From the human T2T-CHM13v2.0 reference genome, Homo sapiens, in the NCBI RefSeq assembly GCF_009914755.1, contig NC_060928.1: DNA of 64,000 nt. One strand, written 5' to 3'. The notes below the pieces were generated by a model. It made no database searches and had not been told where the DNA came from. It saw only the letters and a program-made list of their open reading frames with translations. The translations under genes and the position numbers were made by a program. Each line of letters opens with the position of its first letter. Positions within the stretch are counted from its first letter, which is position 1. This document shows, one piece after another, positions 62,735-64,000 of this stretch.

Positions 62735-64000
62735 TTACTTTTCTTTGCTCTCCACAGGTCACGCCAAATGCCTAGTCAACCCTAATGAGAGAACCTAGAT
62801 ACCTCACCTGCCGATGCAGCATTCACTTGCCATTTTCTTTCTTCTTGGTGGGCGTTTCCGACCATAGCTGTTTCTAGTTGGCCATCTTGGCACCCCACCT
62901 CTTAATACTGTCACAATTACAATAGAATTTGAACATGAGTCTTGATACGAATATTCAAACCATAACATCCAGTCTACTGAAGAGGCCATTAAAGGTATTC
63001 TTTACTTATTTTATATTTTTGATTATTAGCATTTTTTATTGATTATTTTTTAGAGTTGTAATTGCTGTGCTTACATTGCCCGTATGATTTTACATGTATA
63101 CTTTTTCCATTAGAGTCCTTAATACATTAATCATTGTTATTTTAAAAATTTAATGTCTGCTAATTTCAAAATCTGTGTCATGACTGAATCAGATGCTGGT
63201 GATTACTTTGTCTCATCATACTATCTTTTCCTGTCTTTTATCATACCTTGTGATTTTTTTGTAGAAAGCTAGACATGATGTATTTGGTAATAGGAACCTA
63301 GGTAAGTCAGGCTTTAGTGAAAGGTTTTATGTGTTTCTGGCTATAATTAGGCTTTTGTTTAATATTTTCTGTAGTTGTACGTGTCCGAGTCTTCAAATTC
63401 CTCTAGGGTCCTTGATTTTGTTTCCTCTGTTGTCTTTGGATTTCCCTAAGAATTCCGTTTTAAACAGTCTGTGCTGTGCAGCAAATCCCAGTTTCAATCC
63501 ACATTTATTTTACTAGAGACCTGTTGCTTAAGTCTCAAGGTATGGAAAAGGGGGCACTTTCTATAATCTTATATCAAATTTTAGTCTTTTAATGAGCCTG
63601 CATCCCTGGGCTGTGACTTTGATAAGTCTTTCTTAGTTCCTCCAAATTCGTTCAGTGAATCAGGAAAACTAGAGGGCAGCCTTCTTTTCCTCAGGCCAGA
63701 TAAGGCCCTGCTAATGTCTTTCCCTATGCAAAGCAGACTGTTTTTATGGACAATTCTCTGAATATATTTCAAAGTAGTTACTTCTCTGCTCCTGTGCCAG
63801 AAACATGGAGCAGTTTTTTTCAGGTCTTCACCCTAATAACCTGGTCAGGTCCTAGAAGTAAAACCCACAAATGTGATGATGTCTCCTAAAACTGGGCTAA
63901 AAGGAGTTTCTCACTTTTAAGGTAAAGCACGCTGGTTTTCCAGTAATTCCTCAAAATTGTAATGTAAGTGTTCCTATCAGTTTAAAGCTTCAGTAGCTCC

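Overview
AT-rich, apparently gene-poor primate genomic DNA (probably human or great ape, inferred from an L1PA2-type element and AluY copies), not microbial DNA. I found no host protein-coding exon, RNA gene or CRISPR array. Essentially every ORF with a recognisable protein comes from a transposable element. The window holds a full-length Tigger1, a full-length L1PA2-type LINE-1 (broken ORF1 and ORF2 but an intact 71-aa antisense ORF0), several older L1s (two with twin-priming 5' inversions, one with a ~2.25 kb internal deletion), eight Alus, several ERV/MaLR LTRs, MADE1 and MER1B MITEs and simple repeats. I do not see a novel biological system. The most notable observations are local mechanistic scars: a ~600 bp spacer-less L1-in-L1 palindrome, an orphan 192-bp L1 piece apparently copied from a neighbour, a palindrome-perfecting variant shared by three nearby L1 copies, a poly(A)-only insertion with a TSD, and a tandem duplication with a templated junction. 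Subfamily names come from recalled consensus diagnostics and need RepeatMasker/Dfam confirmation. Boundaries of old elements are approximate.
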